Source of the DNA: an uncultured Mariniplasma sp.
GTDB lineage: Bacteria; Bacillota_I; Bacilli_A; Acholeplasmatales; Acholeplasmataceae
Assembly: GCA_964655445.1 (NCBI GenBank)
Contig: CAZZMZ010000001.1
Span: forward strand, 8,390 to 72,389
Direction of reading: 5' to 3'
Length of the DNA: 64,000 nt
Part shown: positions 8,621 through 17,661 of the stretch, piece by piece
Position numbering within the stretch: position 1 is the stretch's first letter
Layout of the letters: each line of letters begins with the position of its first letter
Notes under the pieces: generated by a model
Seen by the model: the letters and a program-made list of their open reading frames with translations, nothing else
Told to the model about the DNA's origin: nothing
Database searches by the model: none
Translations under genes and position numbers: made by a program

Positions 8621-10436
8621 TCATGACATCCAGTACAAAGTCCAGCTTTCGACTTGGAAAAAAATAATTAGTATTATATTTAAATCTAAAAGACACTTAA
8701 TTTTACTCATTTTCTTTTCTGCAATGCTTGCCGTGTTAGACGGTGCTATTCCTCTTTTTACAAGATATGCGATTGATACATATTTTGTTGGTGGAGATTA
8801 TAGCACGTGGCCTTATTATGTTATAGCAAACATATTGCTAGCAACAGGGTTTGGTTTATTTGTTTGGGGATTTATTCACCAAGCAGGCATCATTGAAGCA
8901 GAAACATCTTATGAGCTAAGAAGACAAGCATTCAAAAACCTGCAAAGACTTTCTTATAGTTATTTTGACAAAACACCACAAGGATGGGTCATGGCGCGTA
9001 TGACGTCCGATGCCAGACGCTTATCACTCATCATCTCTTGGGGACTTGTTGATTTTGTTTGGGCAGGTTTATCGATGATTATCATTCTAGTGGTGTTATA
9101 TCTAACATTCTTTAAATTAGCACTTATCGTAACCATTGTTGTGCCAATCATGCTTGTTGTTGCTTACTATTTTAGAAAACTCATTTTAAAGCAACATCGT
9201 TTTGCAAGAAAGTTTAATTCACAGCTCACAGCTCAATATAGTGAAGGTTTCTTAGGTGCTAAAACGACAAAAAGCTTATCTATTGAAGATAGTAATTTTG
9301 ATGAATTTTCACTCACAGCAAATAATCTAAAGCGCGCAAGTATTAAGGCAGTTATATCATCAGCACTCTTTTCATCAATCTTGCTTGTATTAGCGTACGT
9401 TGCTGTATCAACAACAATGATTTCTGGTTCCATGTTTGTATTAGAAACGGTCATTACTTTAGGGACTTTACAAATGTTTATCAATTATACAGTAAACTTT
9501 TTCGAACCCGTCATGGCTATTTCTAGAATTTTATCAGACTTCCAAAACGCACAAGCATCTGCTGAACGTATTGTCGGTTTGATAGAAACAAAAGCTGATA
9601 TCGTAGATAGAAAAGATGTTGAAGAAAGATATGGCACACTCTTTATCGACCACAAAGAAAACTGGGAAGATTTAAAAGGTGATGTTGAATTCAAGGATGT
9701 TACATTTCATTATAATGAGGATGAAACCATTTTAGAAAACTTCAATTTAAAAGTTTCAAGTGGACAAAGTGTTGCACTTGTCGGACATACTGGCTCAGGT
9801 AAAACAACGATTATCAATTTACTTTCAAGATTTTATGAACCAATTTCTGGAAGCATATTAATAGATGGTAAGGATTACAGAGAAAGAAGCATTCACTGGC
9901 TACACAAGCGTATTGGATATGTGCTTCAATCACCGCATCTATTTAGTACAACCGTTATGGAAAATATTCGGTATGGTAGATTAGATGCCACAGACGAAGA
10001 AGTTATGTATGCGGCAAAAATGGTAGGTGTTGACACGTTTGTTCAAACACTTGAAAAAGGCTATGATACATTTGTTGGTGAAGGCGGTAATATGTTATCG
10101 ATTGGACAAAAGCAATTGATTTCATTTGCACGTGCAGTGCTTGCAGATCCGCGTATTCTTATTCTTGATGAAGCAACTTCATCGATTGATTCAGAATCCG
10201 AAGAAATCATTCAACAAGCAACAGAAAAGTTATTAAGTGATCGTACAAGCTTTATCGTGGCACATCGCTTATCAACAATTGTTAATGCAGATATTATTGT
10301 GATGCTAGAAATGGGCAAGATTATTGAAATGGGTGACCACGAAACACTTCTACAAAAACGCGGTGCATATTTTGAACTTTACCGGAATCAATTTTTCAAG
10401 GAAAAATCGAAAGCTTTAGAGGATATACTGGACTAA
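8601..10436 (+). CDS. ABC exporter permease/ATP-binding subunit (heterodimer partner)
   Basis: TM domain plus GHTGSGKT, degenerate signature LSIGQ, canonical ILILDEA; overlaps previous gene. Confidence 0.9.
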   Translation: MKMYQDDHDIQYKVQLSTWKKIISIIFKSKRHLILLIFFSAMLAVLDGAIPLFTRYAIDTYFVGGDYSTWPYYVIANILLATGFGLFVWGFIHQAGIIEAETSYELRRQAFKNLQRLSYSYFDKTPQGWVMARMTSDARRLSLIISWGLVDFVWAGLSMIIILVVLYLTFFKLALIVTIVVPIMLVVAYYFRKLILKQHRFARKFNSQLTAQYSEGFLGAKTTKSLSIEDSNFDEFSLTANNLKRASIKAVISSALFSSILLVLAYVAVSTTMISGSMFVLETVITLGTLQMFINYTVNFFEPVMAISRILSDFQNAQASAERIVGLIETKADIVDRKDVEERYGTLFIDHKENWEDLKGDVEFKDVTFHYNEDETILENFNLKVSSGQSVALVGHTGSGKTTIINLLSRFYEPISGSILIDGKDYRERSIHWLHKRIGYVLQSPHLFSTTVMENIRYGRLDATDEEVMYAAKMVGVDTFVQTLEKGYDTFVGEGGNMLSIGQKQLISFARAVLADPRILILDEATSSIDSESEEIIQQATEKLLSDRTSFIVAHRLSTIVNADIIVMLEMGKIIEMGDHETLLQKRGAYFELYRNQFFKEKSKALEDILD

Positions 10437-10481
10437 AAAAGAAAAAAGGATATCTGTCATCTATCATAAGATAGAGGTGAT

Positions 10482-12560
10482 ATGATGTCCTTTTTTATAT
10501 CCTTATTTAGTTTTTTTAATTTGCTACAATATCAAATCATTTGGAAAGACACAGTTGTTGAAATACCGCTTCATGAAGACGTATACAATTATGTTGATCA
10601 ACCATACGCTGAACTTTATTTAAACGAAATAAAGCTTTTTGATCCAGATATGTATTATCAAATTGATGGTGTTGAAAGAACATTTCTAAAAACAGTAAAC
10701 ACTAAGTATGTTAATACCTATCATGTATATTTTAAAGTGTATTTTCCTTCTTATGGTAAAACAGGGATACAATCAATCACTTTTCAAGTTGTTGACCATA
10801 TCCCACCTGAAATTATTTATGTTCCTTCCTTTAAAATTCCGATTGGTAGTTCTATGCCTAAAGTATTAGATGGTTTGGTATACAAAGATAATTATGATGC
10901 TATAGAAAGCTTAACCTTAACTGCCGATACTTCACAAGTTATCTTAAACAAAATAGGTCTTTATACATTTTCATATCAATTAAAAGACTTATCTGGAAAT
11001 CAGACACAAGTTACCTCAACAATCGAAGTTTATGATCATCTTGAACCAACAATTGAGAAATTAAAACCTATATATCTTAATGTAGGTGAAAGCTTCAATT
11101 ATACACTCTATTACAAAATTAAAGATAATGTAGACAGTTTCCCCCTTGTTAAAGTTGATCTTTCCAAAGTGGATTTCAATCAATTAGGAACCTATGATTT
11201 TTCGATTACTGCAACAGATCAATCAGGATTATCAACCACTTTTTATGATAACTTGACCATCCATGATACCATCAAACCAACGATTATATTGACCAAACAA
11301 ACTGTAACATTAGATTATGGAGAACCCATAAATGATGAGCACTTAAGATCCTATATTGTAAGAGTGACCGATAATTATGACCAACTATCAAAAGATGATG
11401 TAAAGATTTATCATGATATCGAATCTCATGTTTTAGGCACATATAAAGTTTATTATGAAATAAGTGATCAATCTTTGAATCTTACATTAGAAACATTAAC
11501 ACTAGTCATTAAAGATATGAGTCCACCTATCATTGAAGTCATCAAAGACTTAAGGTCTCCCGTTTTTGGGGATCCACCATTATTATATGATTATTTTGAG
11601 GTAAGTGACTTGTATGATCAGGCTTCACTGATAGATGTTAAGATAACAAGTACCATTAAAATGAATATTGTAGGCAAATACTTACTCACCATTAAAGCAA
11701 CTGATCGTAGTCGAAATGAAGCGAACATGTATGTCTATTTTGAGGTTTATGATGATATAGCACCTATGATTTACCAAAAGCAAGATATCATTATCACAAC
11801 ATTCAAAAAAATACCCTTAACGCACTATTTTGAGTTAACTGATCAATACGACGATTCTTCAAAGCTTACAATAGAGATCGATGACTCAAATGTCATTTAT
11901 GATCAAGTAGGATACTATCCACTTTACGTCTATGCTAAAGATCAGTCACAAAATGAAACGAGATTAGAAACGGAAATAATCGTTGTTGATGTTGATCCAC
12001 CGATTTTAACCTTAAAACAATCTTTCATATATATATCCTTAGAAACATCTTTTTTAGATTTATCTGATTTCATCCATGAAGCATACGATCTTTATGATGA
12101 TATCGATAAAGATAACGTCCAAATCGCATCCAAGATTACATTTCATCAAGCAGGAAGGTATGAAGTCATCTATACACTAATAGATCATGCATTAAACCAT
12201 TCAGAATCCATCTTAATCGTTGTCATTGAAGATACGATTAAACCCACACTTGTTTTTGAGCATATGACTATCTATCCTGATGCTTATTTTAATGTGATGG
12301 ATTTTGTTGAAGCATTTGATAACGATGCTATAGAAGGACCTATTATGTGTAATTGTTCTCATATCGATTTTTCCATACCTGGTGAGAAAACTGTACAACT
12401 TTATGCAAGAGATGTGAGAGGAAATCTCATAGAAGAAACAATGATTATTAACGTTTTACCTTATCCAACGAAAATAAGTGCATTATCCTACCTTCCAATG
12501 CTCGTTGTCATCCTTATTGGAGGTGGTGTGATACTTCTGATTCGGAGGGGTTCAATATAA
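10482..12560 (+). CDS. Surface protein with ~8 tandem Ig-like (DUF5011/HYR-like) domains and a C-terminal TM anchor
   Basis: Recurring V-x-D-x-x-x-P-x-I linkers (VVDHIPPEI, VYDHLEPTI, IHDTIKPTI, IKDMSPPII, VYDDIAPMI, VVDVDPPIL, IEDTIKPTL), GxYxxxYxxxDxSxN strands, hydrophobic tail ending in RR. Confidence 0.8.
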   Translation: MMSFFISLFSFFNLLQYQIIWKDTVVEIPLHEDVYNYVDQPYAELYLNEIKLFDPDMYYQIDGVERTFLKTVNTKYVNTYHVYFKVYFPSYGKTGIQSITFQVVDHIPPEIIYVPSFKIPIGSSMPKVLDGLVYKDNYDAIESLTLTADTSQVILNKIGLYTFSYQLKDLSGNQTQVTSTIEVYDHLEPTIEKLKPIYLNVGESFNYTLYYKIKDNVDSFPLVKVDLSKVDFNQLGTYDFSITATDQSGLSTTFYDNLTIHDTIKPTIILTKQTVTLDYGEPINDEHLRSYIVRVTDNYDQLSKDDVKIYHDIESHVLGTYKVYYEISDQSLNLTLETLTLVIKDMSPPIIEVIKDLRSPVFGDPPLLYDYFEVSDLYDQASLIDVKITSTIKMNIVGKYLLTIKATDRSRNEANMYVYFEVYDDIAPMIYQKQDIIITTFKKIPLTHYFELTDQYDDSSKLTIEIDDSNVIYDQVGYYPLYVYAKDQSQNETRLETEIIVVDVDPPILTLKQSFIYISLETSFLDLSDFIHEAYDLYDDIDKDNVQIASKITFHQAGRYEVIYTLIDHALNHSESILIVVIEDTIKPTLVFEHMTIYPDAYFNVMDFVEAFDNDAIEGPIMCNCSHIDFSIPGEKTVQLYARDVRGNLIEETMIINVLPYPTKISALSYLPMLVVILIGGGVILLIRRGSI

Positions 12561-12569
12561 TTAAATCTT

Positions 12570-12598
12570 TTGACTTTAGAGCCTATTTAAACTATAAT
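12570..12598 (+). promoter_or_regulatory. Sigma-A-type promoter of flavodoxin
   Basis: TTGACT-N17-TATAAT; AAGGAG SD. Confidence 0.75.
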
Positions 12599-12641
12599 AT
12601 GTGCGTAAGTTCATGAAAGATTATAAAAAGGAGATTAAATC

Positions 12642-13070
12642 ATGGCAAATGTATTAGTTGTTTACTGGAGTGGTACCGGTAATACTGAAATTATGGCTGA
12701 AAAAATTAAAGAAGGACTCGAAAAAGCTGGTGCATCCGTCGATTTTAGAACTGTTGATCAAGTTGATCCAAGTGAAATCTCAGCATTTGATAAAATAGCG
12801 TTTGGTTGCCCATCTATGGGTGTAGAAGTACTTGAAGAAGATGAATTTGAACCTTTCTTTGAAGCCGTTGAAAGTGATTTATCAGGTAAAAAAGTAGCCT
12901 TATTTGGTTCATATGGATGGGGTGAAGGCGAATGGATGGACGCTTGGCAAGAACGTACAACAGCATCTGGCGCAGATTTATTTGAAGAAGGATTAAAAAT
13001 CAACTCAACACCATCTTCAGAAGAAGAAGAGGATTGTGTTGCATTCGGTGAAAGATTCGCTAGTTTCTAA
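12642..13070 (+). CDS. Short-chain flavodoxin
   Basis: YWSGTGNTE FMN loop, FGCPSMG, LFGSYGWG. Confidence 0.95.
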   Translation: MANVLVVYWSGTGNTEIMAEKIKEGLEKAGASVDFRTVDQVDPSEISAFDKIAFGCPSMGVEVLEEDEFEPFFEAVESDLSGKKVALFGSYGWGEGEWMDAWQERTTASGADLFEEGLKINSTPSSEEEEDCVAFGERFASF

Positions 13071-13082
13071 AAATAAGATAAG

Positions 13083-13110
13083 AAAAATGCTTGAAGAAGC
13101 ATTTTTTTTT
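13083..13110 (+). terminator. Intrinsic terminator
   Basis: AAAAATGCTT-gaag-AAGCATTTTT plus T run. Confidence 0.75.
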
Positions 13111-13157
13111 AGATTTTAACAGGTTTTATCAGTATAATATGACTAAGGGTGACATGT

Positions 13158-16124
13158 ATGTTTGGTGTTCTACATTTAAAAAGTGCATATAGTATGCTTA
13201 AAAGCACGATACCTATGGATGTCTTAATCGAAAAGGCAAAACAAAATGGGTATGATTTTGTTGCAGTATCCGATCAAGCACTACACGGCATGCTTCATCT
13301 TTTTCATTATGCCAAAAAATACAACATCAAACCGGTATTAGGACTGCATATTAAAGTTGCATATGATTTTTTAGATAGTGGATTCTTAGTCTTTGTTAAA
13401 AATCAACAAGGATATGAAAACTTACTTAAAATTATCCTACTAAAAGAAGAAGCTCCATTAACACTTGAAGCTATTAAACCCTATCAAAAAGGGCTAATTT
13501 TCGTATCTTCAGGTCAAGATGCACTCATTACAAGATATCTTCTAGATGACCATATTGAACAAGCAAGTCATTTTATACGTGAAACAAAAGACATCATAGA
13601 GCATTTTTATCTAGGTTTATCTTTAGACACCTTTGATCTAGAGATGAAAGTAGCACCTATGATGCATCAACTCTCAGAACACTATAAAATACCTTTATTA
13701 CCGCTTCACCAAACCACCTATTTAGAATCACAAGATAAAGAAGTTTATGAAGCACTCATTAAAATAGATAACGAGCAAAATGAGATGGCACAAGATGAAG
13801 CCTATCACATGATGACCAAAGATGAGCTTTTGAGTCGTTTTTCAGATTATCCATACGTATTTAATACATTAAGTGAAGTGGTTAAGTCCATTAAATTTGA
13901 ATATCAAAAGCCATCCTTTGATATGCCTGTATTCGATGTACCATCTGGTACACCAGAGCTTTATCTTAAATCATTAGCGCAAGTCGGTTTAAAGAAAAGG
14001 TTAAAAAAACATAGTTATGCATCACTTGAGACCTATCAAAAAAGATTAGCATATGAGCTCAAAGTAATTCATGACATGGGCTTTGATCACTACTTTTTAA
14101 TTGTTTATGATTTTGTAAAATACGCTAAAACACACGATATTTTAGTAGGTCCTGGTAGAGGATCATCTGCAGGCTCATTGGTTGCGTATGCCATAGGGAT
14201 TACAGATGTAGATCCTCTTCAATACGATTTACTTTTTGAAAGGTTTTTAAATCCTGAACGTATAACCATGCCAGATATCGACATGGATTTTCCTGATAAT
14301 AAACGTGATGAAGTCATTCAATATGTCAAAGAAAAATATGGCACATTTCATATGATTTCAATTATTACTTTTGGTACGTTTGCGTTAAGATCTTCCATTA
14401 GAGATATTGCACGCGTGATGAAAATCGATCCAACAAGAGTCAACGGCATCATTCAAAATGTCATAGATGAAAAAGTCGATAACACGGATCAAGAAACAAT
14501 GCGTCTTTTAAGAGTTGCTAAAAAAATTGAGGGCTTACCAAGACATACAGGCACACATGCTGCAGGTGTTATTTTATGTGAACAAGATTTATCGAAGCAT
14601 ATCCCCTTACAAAAAGGTCTATATGACGGTTATCAATCTCAATTTGAAGCAGCTGATTTAGAGTCTTTAGGGCTACTTAAAATCGACTTTTTAGGGATTA
14701 GAAATCTGCAGGTGATTGATGATGTCGTTAAGGAAATTCAAAAAAAGCATCCTAAGTTTCAATTAAATAATATACCCTTTGATGATTCAAAAACATATCA
14801 CTTATTATCTTTATCAGATACCACGGGTATTTTTCAATTAGAATCTTTAGGCATGCGTGCTGTTTTAAGAAAGCTAAAACCCACAAACTTTGAAGATATC
14901 ATTGCACTTTTAGCATTATTTAGACCAGGACCCATGGAGTTTATTGATCTTTATATTGAAAGAAGACATGGTGCTTCATTTGAATATATCCATAAGGATT
15001 TAGAACCTATCTTGAAAAATACTTATGGCATTATTGTTTACCAGGAACAAATTATGCGTATCGCTCATGAGTTTGCTGGATATTCCCTTGCTGAAGCGGA
15101 TTTATTAAGACGCGCGATCTCTAAAAAAAATAGAGAGATACTCGAACAAGAGGAACATAGATTTATTGAAAAATGTATCAAACAAGGTTATCCAAAATCA
15201 ATTGGTAAAGAGATATATGATTTGATTGTTAAGTTTGCAGATTATGGATTTAATAGATCCCATAGTGTAGCTTATGCGATTGTTGCTTATCAAATGGCTT
15301 ATCTAAAAGCGAACTATTTTTCTACTTTTATGACCATTTTATTAACATCTGTGATTGGTAATGAAGGTCTAACAAAAGACTATATTCTCGAACTTAAAAA
15401 ACAAAAAGTCAAAGTTTATCCACCACATATTCACATGTCAACAGACATCTATGAAAAGACAGATGAAGGTATTTATATGCCATTTCAAGCAATCAAAAGC
15501 TTTGGCAAATTAACCGTTCAAAAATTGCTTGAAACAAGAAACGAATCACCTTTTACTGACTATCATGATTTGAAGATAAAATTAAAGAAAACGATAAATG
15601 ATAGAAATCTTGAAATGCTCATTCATGCTGGCGCATTAGATGCATTCAATCTAACACATCAAACCATGATTCAAAATATCGGATTAGATGATGCCGGCTA
15701 TGAACAATATATCTCCGATTTTAAAATGAAGACATTTGAAGAGTATAGCTTTTCGATTCTTGCAGAAAAGGAAAAAGAAGCTTTAGGCTTTAACCTTTTG
15801 TATCAACCAATGGCAGCCTATGAGTCTTTTATTAAAGAAAAAGCATTAGACACTTTTGAGCAATTATCACATAAAGATAAGATTACAGTGCTTTCTTACA
15901 TCAAAAAATCAAAACGTATTAAAACAAAAAACAATGAACCTATGATGTTTTTACTTTTGGATGATGGAGAACAAGAGCTTGAAGTCACTTTATTTCCTAA
16001 AACACTTAAAGCATATGAGCACATCATAAGTGAAGATGTTCTGCTATTTACCATCAAAAAAAATCATTATAACGGACAAACATCCTATGTTTGTGATATG
16101 ATAAAGGACATCAAAGCAAAATAG
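13158..16124 (+). CDS. dnaE: DNA polymerase III alpha subunit (DnaE type)
   Basis: GPGRGSSAGSLVAY, LLFERFLNPER, MPDIDMDF, HAAGV, LLKIDFLG, YQEQIM, YGFNRSHS; start 13158 (ATG) or 13149 (GTG). Confidence 0.96.
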   Translation: MFGVLHLKSAYSMLKSTIPMDVLIEKAKQNGYDFVAVSDQALHGMLHLFHYAKKYNIKPVLGLHIKVAYDFLDSGFLVFVKNQQGYENLLKIILLKEEAPLTLEAIKPYQKGLIFVSSGQDALITRYLLDDHIEQASHFIRETKDIIEHFYLGLSLDTFDLEMKVAPMMHQLSEHYKIPLLPLHQTTYLESQDKEVYEALIKIDNEQNEMAQDEAYHMMTKDELLSRFSDYPYVFNTLSEVVKSIKFEYQKPSFDMPVFDVPSGTPELYLKSLAQVGLKKRLKKHSYASLETYQKRLAYELKVIHDMGFDHYFLIVYDFVKYAKTHDILVGPGRGSSAGSLVAYAIGITDVDPLQYDLLFERFLNPERITMPDIDMDFPDNKRDEVIQYVKEKYGTFHMISIITFGTFALRSSIRDIARVMKIDPTRVNGIIQNVIDEKVDNTDQETMRLLRVAKKIEGLPRHTGTHAAGVILCEQDLSKHIPLQKGLYDGYQSQFEAADLESLGLLKIDFLGIRNLQVIDDVVKEIQKKHPKFQLNNIPFDDSKTYHLLSLSDTTGIFQLESLGMRAVLRKLKPTNFEDIIALLALFRPGPMEFIDLYIERRHGASFEYIHKDLEPILKNTYGIIVYQEQIMRIAHEFAGYSLAEADLLRRAISKKNREILEQEEHRFIEKCIKQGYPKSIGKEIYDLIVKFADYGFNRSHSVAYAIVAYQMAYLKANYFSTFMTILLTSVIGNEGLTKDYILELKKQKVKVYPPHIHMSTDIYEKTDEGIYMPFQAIKSFGKLTVQKLLETRNESPFTDYHDLKIKLKKTINDRNLEMLIHAGALDAFNLTHQTMIQNIGLDDAGYEQYISDFKMKTFEEYSFSILAEKEKEALGFNLLYQPMAAYESFIKEKALDTFEQLSHKDKITVLSYIKKSKRIKTKNNEPMMFLLLDDGEQELEVTLFPKTLKAYEHIISEDVLLFTIKKNHYNGQTSYVCDMIKDIKAK

Positions 16125-16134
16125 AGGTTTTAAC

Positions 16135-16659
16135 ATGAGATTTGATACATGGGATAAAGAACAAAAAAAATCATTAGAACTTGAATATCAAAAACGATTT
16201 GGTGGCCAAGTACGCATGATAAAAAAACTATATAAAGATGGATCGGACCATATTTTATTAAAGGATCTATTAGACAACGTAAGTCGCCATTTACAACAGG
16301 CTTTTTTATCACTGGATAAAGAACAATTTGAAGCACTTGTTGAAAGAATGTTTTTAAGCGCGATACCATACGATTTTTATGTTGATTATGATTTTTTTAT
16401 GAATGAACATACCGCAACCATCATTTTTTACAACGATTTTGATTCAATGGAGTTTTCTGATATTCCGATGCGTTCATTATCAGATATACAAAATATGCTT
16501 GACATGATATTATATATAAGTAAGAACTACGAATCCATTATTAGCCAAGATCAAGATGCTGCTAAAAATTTAGACGAATATAACTTTTTAGAAGGTTTCA
16601 ACATGGATTTAGAAGAATTTAAGGAAGATGGGACGTCTTTTCGTCGCCTAAAACATTAA
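16135..16659 (+). CDS. Hypothetical protein
   Basis: 174 aa ORF with AGAGG SD, tightly packed between dnaE and the CDF gene. Confidence 0.7.
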   Translation: MRFDTWDKEQKKSLELEYQKRFGGQVRMIKKLYKDGSDHILLKDLLDNVSRHLQQAFLSLDKEQFEALVERMFLSAIPYDFYVDYDFFMNEHTATIIFYNDFDSMEFSDIPMRSLSDIQNMLDMILYISKNYESIISQDQDAAKNLDEYNFLEGFNMDLEEFKEDGTSFRRLKH

Positions 16660-16660
16660 G

Positions 16661-17551
16661 ATGAGTCAAGTAGACAAAAAGAAAGTATTACATGTTATTC
16701 GCGTGGGGTTAATCATTAATATACTGCTTGCAGCAATCAAGCTTTCTTTTGGTTTCATCGGAGAAGCCCAATCTTTAATAAGTGATGGTTTAAACTCTAC
16801 ATCTGACATCATTATCAGCCTACTTATGCTATTTTTCATGAAAGTAGCCACTAAAAAACCAGATCATGACCACCACTATGGTCATGAAAAATATGAAGGT
16901 CTAGCATACTTTGCATTAGGCCTTATTTTCTTTGCAGTTTCAATTTATATTATGGTAGACAGCATCAACTTAGCTATGACTTACTTAAACGGCAATTTAA
17001 CGATTGAAGGACCCAAATTATTCACGGTTTTTATCTCTGCTTTATCGTTAGTTTTAAAATTATTATTGTTTTTCTATTACAAACGCGCTGGTAATATATT
17101 TAAATCACCAACACTCAAAGCAGATGCTAAAAATCATTTCATTGATGTATGGGCAACTTCATTTACATTGATTGGCTTATCGATGACTCAATTTGGTTTG
17201 ATTATCTTTGATTATATTGCGGCATTTATTGTTGGCATATTTATCTTAAAATTATCTATCGATGTCATCAAAGAAGCTATCTCTTTTTTAGTCGATCAAG
17301 CACCTTCAACTCAAGAAATCAAGGATATCCATGAAACCATCTTAATGATCGAAGGCGTTTTAACTATTGATGATTTAAAGGTGAGAAAACACATGGTTGA
17401 ACGTTATGTTGATGTTGAAATTGGTGTAAAAGGTCACATGTCACTTGAAAAGGCTCATCAAATCGCAGAAAAAGTGCATCACAAGGTAGAAGAAGCCTTT
17501 CCTGATGTAATCCATTGCATGGTTCACGTTAACCCACATCATGATGCTTAA
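16661..17551 (+). CDS. Cation diffusion facilitator family transporter
   Basis: SLISDGLNSTSD, KPDHDHHYGHEKYE, ADAKNHFID, HxxAExV, VHVNP; six TM segments. Confidence 0.93.
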   Translation: MSQVDKKKVLHVIRVGLIINILLAAIKLSFGFIGEAQSLISDGLNSTSDIIISLLMLFFMKVATKKPDHDHHYGHEKYEGLAYFALGLIFFAVSIYIMVDSINLAMTYLNGNLTIEGPKLFTVFISALSLVLKLLLFFYYKRAGNIFKSPTLKADAKNHFIDVWATSFTLIGLSMTQFGLIIFDYIAAFIVGIFILKLSIDVIKEAISFLVDQAPSTQEIKDIHETILMIEGVLTIDDLKVRKHMVERYVDVEIGVKGHMSLEKAHQIAEKVHHKVEEAFPDVIHCMVHVNPHHDA

Positions 17552-17582
17552 TGTGTCAAGATTTTATATTTACATATAAACT

Positions 17583-17616
17583 AAGGCGTATATCATTGTA
17601 TATAAACGCCTTTTTT
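17583..17616 (+). terminator. Intrinsic terminator
   Basis: AAGGCGT...ACGCCTT plus T run; TGTTAAAAT extended -10 follows immediately. Confidence 0.6.
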
Positions 17617-17661
17617 GTTAAAATAGTGCTAAGCAATTGAATGAGAAAGGCGGAAACAAAT

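Noticed and set aside
6773..10436. Degenerate Walker B and signature motifs in both ABC pairs as possible pseudogenisation
   Set aside because: The complementary pattern is the normal asymmetric site arrangement of heterodimeric exporters
10460..10475. Small hairpin TCTATC-ataa-GATAGA touching the SD of the Ig-repeat gene
   Set aside because: Only 6 bp and AT-rich; too weak to call regulatory
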